Assembly (NCBI RefSeq): GCF_000315625.1 | Contig: NW_005434623.1 | Location: 84,535 to 148,534, forward strand | DNA: 64,000 bases | From: Guillardia theta CCMP2712 | Lineage: Eukaryota; Protista; Cryptophyta | Reading direction: 5' to 3' | Part shown: positions 11,990 to 24,359 of the stretch, in pieces | How the letters are laid out: each line of letters starts with the position of its first letter | Position numbering within the stretch: position 1 is the stretch's first letter | Made by a program: the position numbers and the translations under genes | Notes under the pieces: generated by a model | The model's input: the letters and a program-made list of their open reading frames with translations, nothing else | Told to the model about the DNA's origin: nothing | The model's database searches: none

Positions 11990-14900
11990 TCACTTCCTTC
12001 CTCCTCTCCCTCCCCTTCCTTCCCTGCCACCCCTCTTGCGCTTCCCTCCTCGCTCCCCTCTTTCCCCTCCTTTCTCTGCGCTTTCTGTCTGCCTTCCCCT
12101 CCCGCTTCTGTTCTTTCGCGTTGTCTTTTCTTCCTCCTCTGAGTTGAGTTTCTCCTGCTCCTCCTTGACTGCTCTTGACCCACTCCCTCCTCCTTCCTCC
12201 TTCGCGGTCGTACCCCTGCTCGCTTTCGCTCCTCTTGATCCCCCTCCTCCTCTCCTCCCTCTTCCTCCTCCTCGCGCTCCTCCTGGCGTGCGCTCGTCGT
12301 CGCCCGCTCCTCTCTTCCTCTTCCTACTCCACATGCTGTTTCAGTCCACCGTTCAATCGTCCAGGCACAAACCTTGATATGCTGATATCTTGGTCTTCCC
12401 TCTCCTCCTCCTCCTCCTCCCCCTCCTCCTTCTTGACTGGATTGTTCTCTTCCCCTCCCTTCTTGATGCGTTTCCCGACAACTTGTTGGCCTGCTGTTGA
12501 GAGAGTAGGAGGTAAGAGAGCGAGGAGAGAGCTAGGGCCATAGAGGTGCAGGAAGACAAGAGGACAAAGCCAGGCAACCAGCAGGACGAGGAGAAAAGAG
12601 AAGAGAAGAGAAGGGGAAAGGTAGGGGAGGGGAGGGAGCGTAAGGGAGGAGGGGCGGGGGAGGGGAGCAGGACGAGGAGAGAAGAGAGGAGAAGGGGAAA
12701 GTAGGGGAGGGATGGGAGGGGAGGAGCTAAAGGGAGGAGGGGCGGGGGAGGGGAGCAGGACGAGGAGAGAAGAGAGGAGAAGGGGAAAGGTAGGGGAGGG
12801 GATGGGAGGGGAGCTAAGGGAGGAGGGGAGGGGGAGGGGAGGAGGGTGGACAGGAGAACGAGGAGTGTGCGTCTCAGCATGCGGTGCACCAGTAGTCGTT
12901 TTCTTCTGCAGCGCTGGAACCCATGCGGTCGTTCGACCACTGCAGAGAAATGAGACAGGTAGGATGAAGAGGAGGAAGAGGAGGAGGAGGAGAAGGAAGA
13001 GGAAGAGGAGAAGGAGGAGGAGAAAGAGGAGGAGGACTGAGAGATTGCAGAGGCATCGTGGATGCTGATGGGCGGAAAAACTCACGCGACAGTCAGGAAG
13101 GAAATGTTATGACCCTCGAGCGTCTGACATGAGAAGAATGACAAAGAGAAACCAAACCGAAAGAGAGCGAGTGAGGGAGTGAGGGAAGGAGGGAGCGGGA
13201 AGGAGAGGGCGGGAAAGAGGGGGAGCGGGGGCGGGGGAGAGAGAGGGAGGAAACGAGGGAGAGGGAGAGGGAGGGAGGGAGAGGGAGAGGGAGAGGGAGA
13301 GGGAGAGGGAGGGAGAGGGAGGGAGGGATTATTCAGATCCATGTTTGGATTCAACGGGTAGGAATTCGTTCAGTCGTTCTCCTCTTCATTACCTTGGACG
13401 CTTGTTTCTTGTTCCACCTGCTCTCACTCTCAATCACTTAGTCACCTTCTTGCTGCCCGATGTTCCCTTTCCATCTCCCCCGAAAACTGACTCCATTCCT
13501 CCCCCACTCCTGCTGCTGCTGCTGCTCCTCCTCCTCCTCCTCCTCCTCCTCCTCCTCCTCCTCTCGCACCGGTAATGAAACAGCCAGTCCTTAGGAAACT
13601 TGCTGCTGTCCGCCTCCTCCTCGCACGCCTTCCCGATCACCATCTGCAGACTTTGCCACACAGCCTCCACCTCCACCTTCCAGTGAGCAAGCGAAACTTC
13701 AGCTGACCTTCACCTGCTCCAACGAGAGCGAGGAGGAGGGGGTTTGAGGATGGAGGCGCGCCTAGAAAAACATGAGGAAGGAAGAGGAGGAGGTGGTGGA
13801 GAGGGAGGAGGAGAAGAGAGGTAATGAGAGGTGATAAGAGGGAGACGGAGAAAGGGAGGAGGGAAAGGAGGAAGGATGCATCTTGTCACCTGGTATAGAA
13901 CTTCATCTGCAATCCAATTTCCAACACCCGCACAGAAGGATTGATCGAGAAGAGCTCCTTTGACTGGGCTGCTCGCAGTCAGCAGAACCACAGCTGGGAT
14001 GGGAAGAAGAGCTGTGACAAGCAAGGCAAGAACAGCCAGAGGAGGCAGGATTTGAAAGAGGAGGAGGAGGAGGAGGTGGTGGTGGTGGAGGAGGAGGAGG
14101 AGGAGGTGGTGGTGGTGATCATGGCGGCAGTGGTGGTGGTGGTGGTGGTGGAGGAGGAGGAGGAGGGGAAGTGGAGGAGGTGGAGTTGGTGATGGTGGTG
14201 ATGATGGTAAGGAGGTGGAGGTGGAGGTGGAGGTGGTGGTGGAGGAGGAGGAAGATACCCTGAGCGTGATAGCAGTTCGTCCTTGAAGTCGGCAAGGGGA
14301 AGCATGTCAGTGAGAGGATCGAACCCGAGGTCTTTGACCTGCTGGCGCGTGAAAAGTAGGAGTGGAGGAGCAGAAAGAAGGAGACAAACCAAACAGGGAA
14401 TGAACAGGGCGAGGAAGGTGAAGAGGGAAGGTAGAGAAGAGCAACAGAAGCAGAACAAGGAAGAGAAGAAGGTGGTGAGTGGTGAGGGAAAGAAAAGGTA
14501 GAGGAGGAGGTAGAGGAGGTGGTGGAGGAGACAAACGAAAGGAGGGCTGCCGTCACACTCACAGGAGACTCTCTTCTAGGATCTTGCTGCATCCTCACGC
14601 GCTCAAAGCGCCGGATGGCTATGAAAGCGACATCGTTGCCGTTCTGAGAGGAAGAGACGTAAGGAGAGAGAGGAGAGCAAGGAGGGGTAAGAGAGACGAG
14701 GGGAGGAGAAGAAGAACAAGGAGGGGGTGGAGGGTGAAGGAACAGAAAGGAGAGGAAGACGAGGAAGGAGGGAGGACAGGTAGGAGGAGGGAGAACGAGG
14801 AGGAGGAGGGAGAACGAGGAGGAGGAAGAGGAAGAGGAAGAGGAAGACGAGCAGGACGAGCAGGGACAAGAGATCAACGGCAAAGATGATAACATGGTTC

Positions 14901-15309
14901 TCAAAGTAAAATTCCTATTCACCTCCATGACGAGTCGAAACTTCCAAAACTTCGGCGGCCAACTTTCCGCATCCACCTGATTCAATACTCACCTTCTCCC
15001 TACATCCTCCTTCTCCCTGATCCTCCCTTGCTCCCCCCCCCCCCCTCCTTATTCCCTCCGCTTTCCTCTTGTGTCCCCCCCTTTCTCGCCGCCCTCCGTC
15101 TGCCTGTTCATTCCCGTCCCCTTCCTCCCTCCCCTGTCTCTCTTTCCCTTTCTTCTCCACGTCATTTCTCACCCGAGAGTTGACATATTCGGCAACCTCC
15201 TTTGTGCCATCAGGGGAAACCGCAGCAAAACTCCCTGGTCGCAAAAGGAAAGGAGGAGAAGAGAACAGAAGGAAGAGGAGGAGGAGAGGAGGAGGAGGAG
15301 GAGGAGGAG

Positions 15310-15341
<32 letters not shown>

Positions 15342-16189
15342 GGAGGAGAGCAGGAGCAGGAGAGCAGGAGCAGGAGCAGGCGACACATATAGCGGGAAAG
15401 ACAATGAAGAGAGGAAGGTGTAGGAGGAGGGAAGGAGAAGAAGTCACAATCGCTCAGGACAAGGATGTTCCATTCACCAGTCATGCCGAGGTGTATCAGT
15501 GGCCAAGGACGTTCCTTGAGCTCTAGCCATAGATGTTTTCCTTTCCTCCTTGCCGCTAGGATGGTGGCCCCTGGTATGTAGCATGAGCACAGCTCCTGCC
15601 TGCAGTCAGCACAAACAACAACACACAATGATCCTTCAGCGACTTGATTGGCATCGGGGTGTATATGACATTTGAGGTCACCACACGTTTTCTGGAATCT
15701 TCACATCACATCTTGAACAATCGCGATGATCATGAGCAAACAGCAGCAACATGCGCGACAGCAGGTGCAGGAGCAGCACGCAAGGCGCCAACTGATCACC
15801 AGTCATTCTTTCTTTGAAAGTGTCGGGGGCAACTCCTTCGAAGACTTTGTTGTCTTGAACGACTTGGCAACACTGAGACACGACGAGTAATGAGTTGACA
15901 TCGAAGGAGATGACGACGAAGCAAGAAACATGAAACCAGGGAAAGGACAATGAAGACATGGTGAGGCGAGGCGAGGCGAGGGAAGGAAAAGGAGTGCGAA
16001 ACCAGGAGAAGAAAGCGGGAAGAAAGCGGGAGAGGAGGAGGAGGCAAAAATTAACTCACCTTGACGACAAACCCAACGCAGAAGCGCTCGAGTACTCTTC
16101 TCGCCCTTTCCACCTGCAGCATGACAAGCCATACCGTCAGACACAAGGAGCTGAGAGCAATAGTACTGGTAGATGATGGTGAGCAGGTG

Positions 16190-16267
<78 letters not shown>

Positions 16268-16328
16268 AGGAGGACAGGACTGTGTCACCCCACAACGTTT
16301 TCTCGATCACCTCCGGCAACTCCGGCAT
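11990..16328 (-). CDS. FPG: Formamidopyrimidine-DNA glycosylase (Fpg/MutM, plant/fungal-type), multi-exon
   Basis: Spliced exons: MPELPE|VERARRVLERFCVGFVVK; QDNKVFEG; AARRKGKHLWLEL...IHLGMT|GSF; WPPKFWKF; RRFERVR; LGFDPL; KGALLDQSFCAGVGNWIADEVLYQ (H2TH); FPKDWLFHYR; GRTTAWVPALQK; then a basic/acidic tail. 3' end approximate. Confidence 0.92.
16191..16267. repeat. (GAGGAC)n microsatellite in FPG intron 1
   Basis: Directly visible. Confidence 0.9.
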
Positions 16329-18134
16329 CGTGATCCTTGCAACAGAAAGCTGCCCTACAGGAAGCGAGCAATCATAGTCAATCCATTGGGAATAAACCGG
16401 AACAGGACGTCAAGCCGATCAAACTGTTATCGACGAGCTAAAAGATCTCTTGTGCCTTGGCTTCCCTTCAACCATCACCATCCTCCGTCAACCTGCCATT
16501 ATCGCTTCTTCTCTCGCTCCTCATCCTCGCTCCTCCTCTCCGTCTCCTCTCCGCCTCATCCCTTTCCCCTCCCCTAGCTCCTACTGTGCGCAGGAAAAGC
16601 AAGGTTGAAGAAGTTGCTGTCCTCTTATGCTCGAGCTTTATTCATTATATTGAAGTTCGAATAGACCTTGATGCCTTCAGATCAAATATCTAAAATCCCC
16701 GGGGCGAGCTTACTAGTGGTACTCGACGGTTATCACTGAAGAAACGGAACTCCGCCTCAGAGAATATCTGAGGGCGGCGACTCCTTGAGCCCACAGAGTT
16801 GACTTGACTAAACGTTTTACTTAATTACGGTACGGTATTGAAAGGAGTCGAAGGGAGTTTTTAGTCAAATCCCCTAAAGCTACCCCTACCCCCCTTTGGG
16901 CTCTCAGAAGTACAGGTACAGAGATCATGGGGCAGACACAGAAGAGAGATTTGTCTGAGATTTATTTTTGTACCAGGACATGTTGAGCTGTCCAATTTAA
17001 CCACCTGAAGGGTAGGGTGCAAGCTCAAAACTAGCAAGGGTGGGTACTTTGTTGGATTGAACGGGGGTAGGTGGTCATTTGAGGCAGGCATTGACAAGGG
17101 GTCGGATTGAAGGCGAGGGACTTCAATCGTTGTGGAACCAGAACGATCCAGGTACTTATAACGAGCATGTAAAGACTTTATCAGCTTATATTACTAATAC
17201 ACGGAACGCCCGGGTTTACATTGAAGGTGCGGACGTGCTAAGTGGAGAGTAAACATTTTAAAAGTATAACATTTAAAAAGTGAGGTGACCGCGAAAGGAT
17301 GCAATCGCTGCTCTCGAAGCTCTGCACCCCTTCCTTGCTAGATAGAGTGAAGGGGGTACTGATCGATGGAAAAAGAAGGGGTAGTGACAAGATTTTCCCG
17401 TGCCAATTTGCCTGTTAAAAAAGAATAGGTATGGTCTCTACAACATTTTTATTAAAAAAAAGTCATCAGCTTACAACCCTGATAATCACCGCATAACAAA
17501 GTTGGCCAGTTACGACCTTTTCTTTTATGTACCTGTTGAAACGAGTATAAACTTAATCAACAATATTTCAAATATGAGAGATCAAAGGGATGAAGAAATA
17601 AAATAATTTCAAATAATTTCATGTGTACTGCAACAGTACGCCAACCTTTTAAAAGAATGTGCCATTGACCTTTGACCATTAGTCTATAAAACATTATTAA
17701 ATGTCAGCAAACTGTCATCTATTTGTCATCAACAGAATCGCCATGCCGCGCGTGCCTTAGGCGGGAACAGCCTCAAAACACATTTAACTGTCGAAAAGAC
17801 GTCATTTCGAATGTGTCACAGAGCCACAAGTATGTACCCCATTATCGACTACCCCACCTCTGACCAGCTACCACCCCCCATAAGATCTTCCTTGTAGCTG
17901 CCTAAAATCAAAGGTCTATCCTCTAGCGGTGCTCCATATTTTCCTCCGGTCCATCGACGTCCTGCCCGTGCTGCTGCTCCTGCTCTCTGACTTCAAGTCG
18001 ACAGCTCCTCTCCTTCCTATCTCCCTTCTGTTCGTTACCAGGGACTGCATCCTCTACTGCCCTCATCCTTCGCCCAAGTCGAACACAAAGTTCTATCGGC
18101 TTCTCTCTCCATTCACGAACCAAACTTCCTTGCA

Positions 18135-18584
18135 ATGGCCTCCAAGGTTCCAGCCATGAATCTGAAGGCGATGAAGCAGCGAGGTGGAATGAGCCTGGTT
18201 GATGAGTACTTCTATGAGGAGCTCTTGCGTTGTGGAGGGCGAAATGAAGCTTCGGAATGGTTGAAGACAACCAAGAGCTCGTCTTCCTCGTCTTCTGCAT
18301 CTTCAGCGTCTTCCTCGCCCAGATCGTCCACTCGCTCAGCGCATGTTAAGAGCAGCGGGAATCTGGGAAACTCCATGAAGAGATCATCGAGCTCGACATA
18401 CTTGGTTCAGCTAGGACTGCTGGACGAGGAATTGAGCAGCTTCAGACGAAAATCTTTCACTCCAATCCAGCCCTGCATCGAGGCAAAGGATGCAGAGTTT
18501 GAGAAGGCCAGAGTGAACCTTGGGAACAATGCAGGCCTGCTGTACACGGATGCTGCTCATTTGCTAAGAGAGTCGCACGAATGA
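18135..18584 (+). CDS. Small Ser-rich hypothetical protein
   Basis: 149-aa ATG-initiated ORF with coding-like composition, AT-rich 3' flank; no recognisable domain. Confidence 0.45.
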   Translation: MASKVPAMNLKAMKQRGGMSLVDEYFYEELLRCGGRNEASEWLKTTKSSSSSSSASSASSSPRSSTRSAHVKSSGNLGNSMKRSSSSTYLVQLGLLDEELSSFRRKSFTPIQPCIEAKDAEFEKARVNLGNNAGLLYTDAAHLLRESHE

Positions 18585-18814
18585 GGGGGGGGAGATGCTG
18601 TACAGAGATAACTTTTTATTCTTTTTAATGAAATGTATCATGCGATGAAACAAACTGGTCTAAGTAGTGGTTGTTTGTGTAAGATGTGGGTGAGAACAAC
18701 ATGACAAAGATGTGGATATGAGCATGATGACGAGAAACAGTTGTTGAGCTGATTGGTATTTATTTCATCTTCAGTCTACTGGTAATTATTTCATTTTCAG
18801 TCTAACTTGTCCCC

Positions 18815-19300
18815 TCAGTCATGCCACTTGCATGACATGGCAAACTCAGAGACGATCGACCTGCTGTACTGAGGATATAACCCGCAGAGTCTTCCAGCCC
18901 GATATCTGCGACAAGTGTTGTTACTTAGAAGAAACCTCCACAGTTTGAACTCTCATGACAAGACAGAGGGATGGATGTGTTGTTCTTTTCATAAGCATCC
19001 ACAGGGCGGGAACAGCCAACACACAAGAATCGGCTCACTGTTTCAATCTAGCAGTGTAAGGCTTGGCTCCATAGTTGAGCATCTGGTTACGGGCAAACTA
19101 GCGAGAAGAGGTCAACTCGAGCACGAGCAAGAGAGTTCAAGACCTGAAGGCAGAGCAAGAGGAAGGACAGCTGACCGATAGGCGGCTCCATCCAATTCCA
19201 AGTCCTGCGGCTGAGATCAACATATGCAGCACCAGGGGCCCCTCCTTCTGCTACCAATATTCCTGACTTGTTACCTTGCTGCCTCCTCCCTGCCTGCCTA

Positions 19301-19332
<32 letters not shown>

Positions 19333-21280
19333 CTTCCATTCATCAAGATCTCTCTTCTCCCCCTGTTCCTTGTTTTCCTTCCTTGGACCTCCATTCTCTT
19401 GAGCTCACCATGCTCCTACTTCCAGCCAAGTCTCAAGGTCCTCTGGCTCTGCCACATCGGCCGTCACCTGCTACTGCGTGAGAACCATCGAAACACCAAG
19501 GAGGGAGCAGGCGAAAGGATAAAACAGGAAAGATCAGGTGGAGAGCATGGGAAAGAGAGAAGGAGTTGAGAAGAGATGCGATGAGATGGGAGAGAAGCTA
19601 ACAAACGACGATGAAGCTAAGGTGCTGAGCAAAGAGCAGAGGAGAGCTAGAAAGTGAAAGTGCAGAACAGGGAGACTGGAACAAACAGAGAGAGGAAACT
19701 AGACCGCAGTTGAGGAGAAGCAGAGAAGGAGAACAGGACGGGAGCAGTGAGGAGGCAGTAGCAATGTATAGTCGGAACTCGAAGAAAGGAAAGTTGAGAG
19801 ACAGGACGAGCAAGCCGCAAGAGGCAGGAGGGACTCACAAAGTACTCGTTGAACCAGAGAGCTGTATCGAGCTGAAAGACCAGCGGGACTGCAGCGATCG
19901 ATCCGACAACACCAAGTGCGATGCCTTTGAGATTAAGTCAGCGAGTAATCGAGTCCTCCCCTCCCGTCGTTTCCCCGTCTAATTCTGCATACCCCCTCCC
20001 CTTCCGCTATCGTTTCTCCTCTCCTTGCCCTTCCGCTTCCGCGTCCTCATTCTCAATCCTTCCTGATGTTGTTCCCCTTGCAACCACCCTCCGTTGCTCT
20101 ATTCCCTCTCCTTCTCGAAGAATGACGTCTCTACTTCTAGCTCTTCAATCCTACTCGTCGCTCTTATCATATCCGACTTTCTTGGGTCACCTGTCTTGAA
20201 AGGCACAGTCGCGATGAACATGCCGCGCTTGCTGGCCGCCTAATCAGACTGTCAAGAGAGACGGAACGTGACGAGGAAAGGGAAAGCAAGAGAAGAGTTT
20301 GTTCCAAGACAGGGAGAATCTACGAGGAAGAGAATACTGTATGATGGAGTAACAAGGAGAGGACAAGGGCGACGTTGAGAAAGAGGAGGGAGGGGAGGAG
20401 AGAGAGATGAGAGGAGGGGAAAGGAGAGGGGAAGGGAAGAGCAAGAAGACGAGGCGGAGGAACGAAACTGGGGAGGGAGAGGCAGATAGGATGAAGATCC
20501 CAAACCTCCATCTCGTTCAATCTCTTGTGGGCATCCTTCCAGGTGACGTTGTCTACAACCTGTCAGCCAGCGGGAGTCAACTCAGTCACACTTCCCCAGC
20601 TCGACTCGTCCGAGTTTGTTGGGCACTAACTTCTCACCATGATCTCTCGCAGAAGTCGCTCACGATGAGCATCGTGATCCCCCTGCAGATCAAAGATTAT
20701 CGTCACACCTTTCTCTCCAGCTGACCATCCTCTGTCTTCCCTCACCATCCCCGCCCCAAACCCCCAAAACACTCCCTCCCCCCCTCCCAATCCGCAGTAA
20801 GGAAGCCGCCTCCTCATCCCGCTTGCATCACCTGGGCTACATACATAAGGAGAGCGTCATTGGACATCTGGTGATATTCTCGCGCCATTTGCTGCAGGAT
20901 GACATGAGGAACAGATCTCGGGTACACAGCTGCGGCACCTGCGACAGCTCGATGGTCGGCGTCCTGGCAGAGGGAGAGTCGGAAAACATCCTGGAGCAGG
21001 GAGCCAATGCCATCCTCCCGCAGGAGAAAGCATTGGAGGAGGAGGCAGCGGGAAAGCTCTGCTGTCCAAGTCATGCATGAAGAGAGGCAGCATGGTAGCG
21101 AGAGGGTGCGAGCTTCTCAAGGCAGAAGGGGGTGATGGGGATTTGAGGATCAATGTACAATGACATGAAGACAGTTCCCTCAGAGGGACTGCGAGCATGG
21201 CATGATCGTTTTCAGATTCACCTTCATCGCCAGAGTCCCGCTCCTCCCGCTCACAATGCTAGCGCTCCTCTTGAGAGCAT
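18815..21280 (-). CDS. Uncharacterised membrane protein, multi-exon
   Basis: Exons splice to YHQMSNDALLMYVAQ|GDHDAHRERLLREIM|..DNVTWKDAHKRLNEME|AASKRGMFIATVPFKT|GIALGVVGSIAAVPLVFQLDTALWFNEYF|VTADVAEPEDLETWLEVGAW|TWNWMEPPIGQLSFLLLCLQ|FARNQMLNYGAKPYTARLKQ|YRAGRLCGLYPQYSRSIVSEFAMSCKWHD-stop(18815). Start codon uncertain. Confidence 0.75.
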
Positions 21281-22443
21281 TGAACAACCCTCCTCTCAGC
21301 CCGCCAATCATCTGCCACCATGGCAGCTTCAGGGGCACTTCTCACCATGAACATTCATGTCATCGATTCAAGACCATCATGACCGTCCATGTTTCCATCA
21401 ATCCATCGCCTTGTGCGTTACATCATCCCATAGACTGAGATCTCAATCTCCCTCTTCTGATTGTACTTCATTATGTGTTCGACTAAGCACCCAACCGTGC
21501 ATGCTCAGGCCTGCAGCTCTTGTGCTCTCTTCCTATTTATTTTAATGCCACTCGTTGAATGTACCTCTGCACGTCTCTAAGTTCCTCACAAACGTTTGAT
21601 CCATTTGCTTTCAGTTACACGCTATTGCAACATCCTATTCCCGTCTTTCAGCGCTGCTCTTGTCCTACTTGGCCTGTGGCTCCTAATCAATGCATGAGGT
21701 CACCGTTTCTCATCTTCCTGACTCTCTCGCATCCGAGCTTGACTTTCGTCGTCTCCTCCTCCCCTCTCTTCCTCTCCTCCCTCTGCTCTCCGTTCAGTCT
21801 TGAAATGCATAGGCTGGTCACTTTAGCAGATCATAGGGTAGGGGGTATGAAGGATGGGGTGGGGGGTACATGGAGGGTCATTTAGAAGAGACCAAATATC
21901 CTATCATGCAGGGGTAGTGAACAATATGAGGCTGGTAGGGGTTGTGAGCTGACCGGTCATATGACGGCAATATTGATTTTTGGAATGATGGGTAGTGGTT
22001 TCAAAATACTGGGGGTATATTGACGCAATGGTGGTGATGGTTCAAATCATTGCAGGAGGAGCTCAATAGAATGGAGATAATATAATTGAGCCAATAAGTG
22101 AAAACCAAGAAACTCAAACATACAGGATGCCCAAAGGACTTGTCAACTAACTTTCTGGGCTTTCCACCAATGTAGGGTGGGTAGTCACAAAGGCAGGGTA
22201 GTAGGTGCTTCTGTCTCCTCACAACTTGATGCGCTCACGATTGGGTAGGGGGTGGTACCCTTTCATCCAAGTACCCCTACAATATCAACAAATTTAGGAT
22301 TTATGAGGGGTGGGGTGGTGACCACAATACTGACAACCCTCTCCCTAATAGGTTCAAAAGTATCCACAGCGATATCCCAAGTATCCATAGGTATCCGCAA
22401 GTATCCGTGAGTATCCGAAACTGTGGTATCCGTGCCGGCGGCC

Positions 22444-24292
22444 ATGCAGCTCTGGATCCGCGGACTCGCCCTGCTCGTCCTGTCGCTCCATCCAGCGTCT
22501 TCCTTCCTGACTTCGTCGTCTCTCTCCCCATCATGCCTCTCCCTCCCATCAGCATCCCCGTCGTCCTGCAGGATCTCCCCCATGGTTCCACGCTCCAGCT
22601 CCTCCCGCCCGAAGGCGTTTTGACGGTTTCGTAGGGTCGTCCAGCCTCGCGCTGCGCGCACAGCAGCCTCAAGATGGCGGTGGATCGAAGAGACTTCATG
22701 CAGGTGAGCAAGATGCGCTCCCTCTCCTTCTTCCTCATCCCTTCTCCTACTGCGATCCTGCTGTCTGCCTCGCAGACCTCCAACCGCCTTTGTTGGGTCC
22801 TGCAGTTTGTCTGTTTTACCTAGACACCTCAGTGACTAGATCCCAGCAGGCTCTTGCTCTCGGTAGTCTGGCTGTGCTTGCTGCCCCTTCACAAGCCCTT
22901 GCGGACTTGTCGGCGGGGCGATCGGTCCCCCTCGGAAGCAGGGAGAGGGGTCGAGGGCCCGAGGGAGTGAACCGCCCTGACTTGCTTCCTCCTGGACCCA
23001 AAGTGAACGTGATCGACCTGGAGAAGTTCCTCACCAAAGGCCAAGTGGCGAAGATGGACAAACTGCTTGCAAAGCTTGAGGAAGACACAGGGTATAAGAT
23101 GCGCGTCCTGTGTCAGAGGTACCCGCAAACGCCAGGGCTTGCTATCAAGGACTACTGGGGGGTTGACGATAAGACGATTGTCATGGTAGTCGATCGAGGA
23201 AGCGGCAAGGCTGGTCAGGCAAACATCCTGAACTTCAACGTCGGGCAGGGGGTGGAGCTTGCCCTTCCTCCTGTGTTCTGGACGCGCCTGAGGAACTTTT
23301 TCGGGACAGTCTTCTACGTGAAGGAGAACGGCGAGGATGTCAGTGCTGCTCTTTGACCTGCTCGATTTCCTCACTGACTCTCTTTTCTTTCTCTTACTGT
23401 TCATTGTCTCTTATGATCTTTGCTTCGCTACTTCTCCTGACTCTCTTTTCTTTCTCTTACTGTTCATTGTCTCTTATGATCTTTGCTTCGCTACTTCTCC
23501 TGACTCTCTTTTCTTTCTCTTACTGTTCATTGTCTCTTATGATCTTTGCTTCGCTACTTCTCCTGACTCTCTTTTCTTTCTCTTACTGTTCATTGTCTCT
23601 TATGATCTTTGCTTCGCTACTTCTCCTGACTCTCTATTCTTTCTCTTACTGTTCATTGTCTCTTATGATCTTTGCTTCGCTACTTCTCCTGACTCTCTAT
23701 TCTTTCTCTTACTGTTCATTGTCTCTTATGATCTTTGCTTCGCTACTTCTCCTGACTCTCTTTTCTTTCTCTTACTGTTCATTGTCTCTTATGATCTTTG
23801 CTTCGCTACTTCTCCTGACTCTCTTTTCTTTCTCTTACTGTTCATTGTCTCTTATGATCTTTGCTTCGCTACTTCTCCTGACTCTCTTTTCTTTCTCTTA
23901 CTGTTCATTGTCTCTTATGATCTTTGCTTCGCTACTTCTCCTGACTCTCTATTCTTTCTCTTACTGTTCATTGTCTCTTATGATCTTTGCTTCGCTACTT
24001 CTCCTGACTCTCTTTTCTTTCTCTTACTGTTCATTGTCTCTTATGATCTTTGCTTCGCTACTTCTCCTTCCCTCTCCTCATGATGCCTCCTCCTTCCTGA
24101 CAATCTGACGATCATCTCTTCCATCCTATTCTTCCCTTCAACTGCTTCATCTTCCTCCATCTTTCTGGAATACCCTTTCCTTTGCAGGCTGCAGTCATCA
24201 ACGCGGTGGATGCAGTAGTCGGCTGCCTCCGTCAAGGTTTCTGTACTGATGTTCCCAAGGAGATGAAAGAGATTGCAAACAAGTCTTTCTAG
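22444..24292 (+). CDS. Thylakoid lumenal TPM-domain protein (15.0 kDa protein 2-like), 4 exons
   Basis: Introns 22585-22634, 22704-22849, 23339-24187. Mature part [11 protein letters not shown]...[28 protein letters not shown]...NILNFNVG...FWTRL...KENGED|[15 protein letters not shown] matches my knowledge of the plant lumenal 15-kDa protein 2 family. Confidence 0.88.
23374..24066. repeat. 63-bp minisatellite x11 inside intron 3 of the TPM gene
   Basis: Unit CTGACTCTCT(T/A)TTCTTTCTCTTACTGTTCATTGTCTCTTATGATCTTTGCTTCGCTACTTCTC; one variable site (A in copies 5, 6, 10). Confidence 0.97.
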
Positions 24293-24359
24293 AGCTTCTA
24301 ACTTCTAGACAAGCTTTTTGCCACTTGCAAATACAATCATGAGTGATCAGACTGACATG

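Noticed and set aside
8821-16577. Numerous poly-S/E/R/L/P ORFs here and at 48000-52900 and 58400-63400
   Set aside because: Translations of intronic microsatellites, not proteins.
20407-21080. Plus-strand ORFs 20407-20724 and 20823-21080
   Set aside because: Antisense shadows of the well-spliced minus-strand membrane-protein gene.
23337-24108. 248/251-aa repeat ORFs, or a CRISPR-like array
   Set aside because: Contiguous 63-bp units with no unique spacers, inside a GT-AG intron whose flanking exons join in frame.
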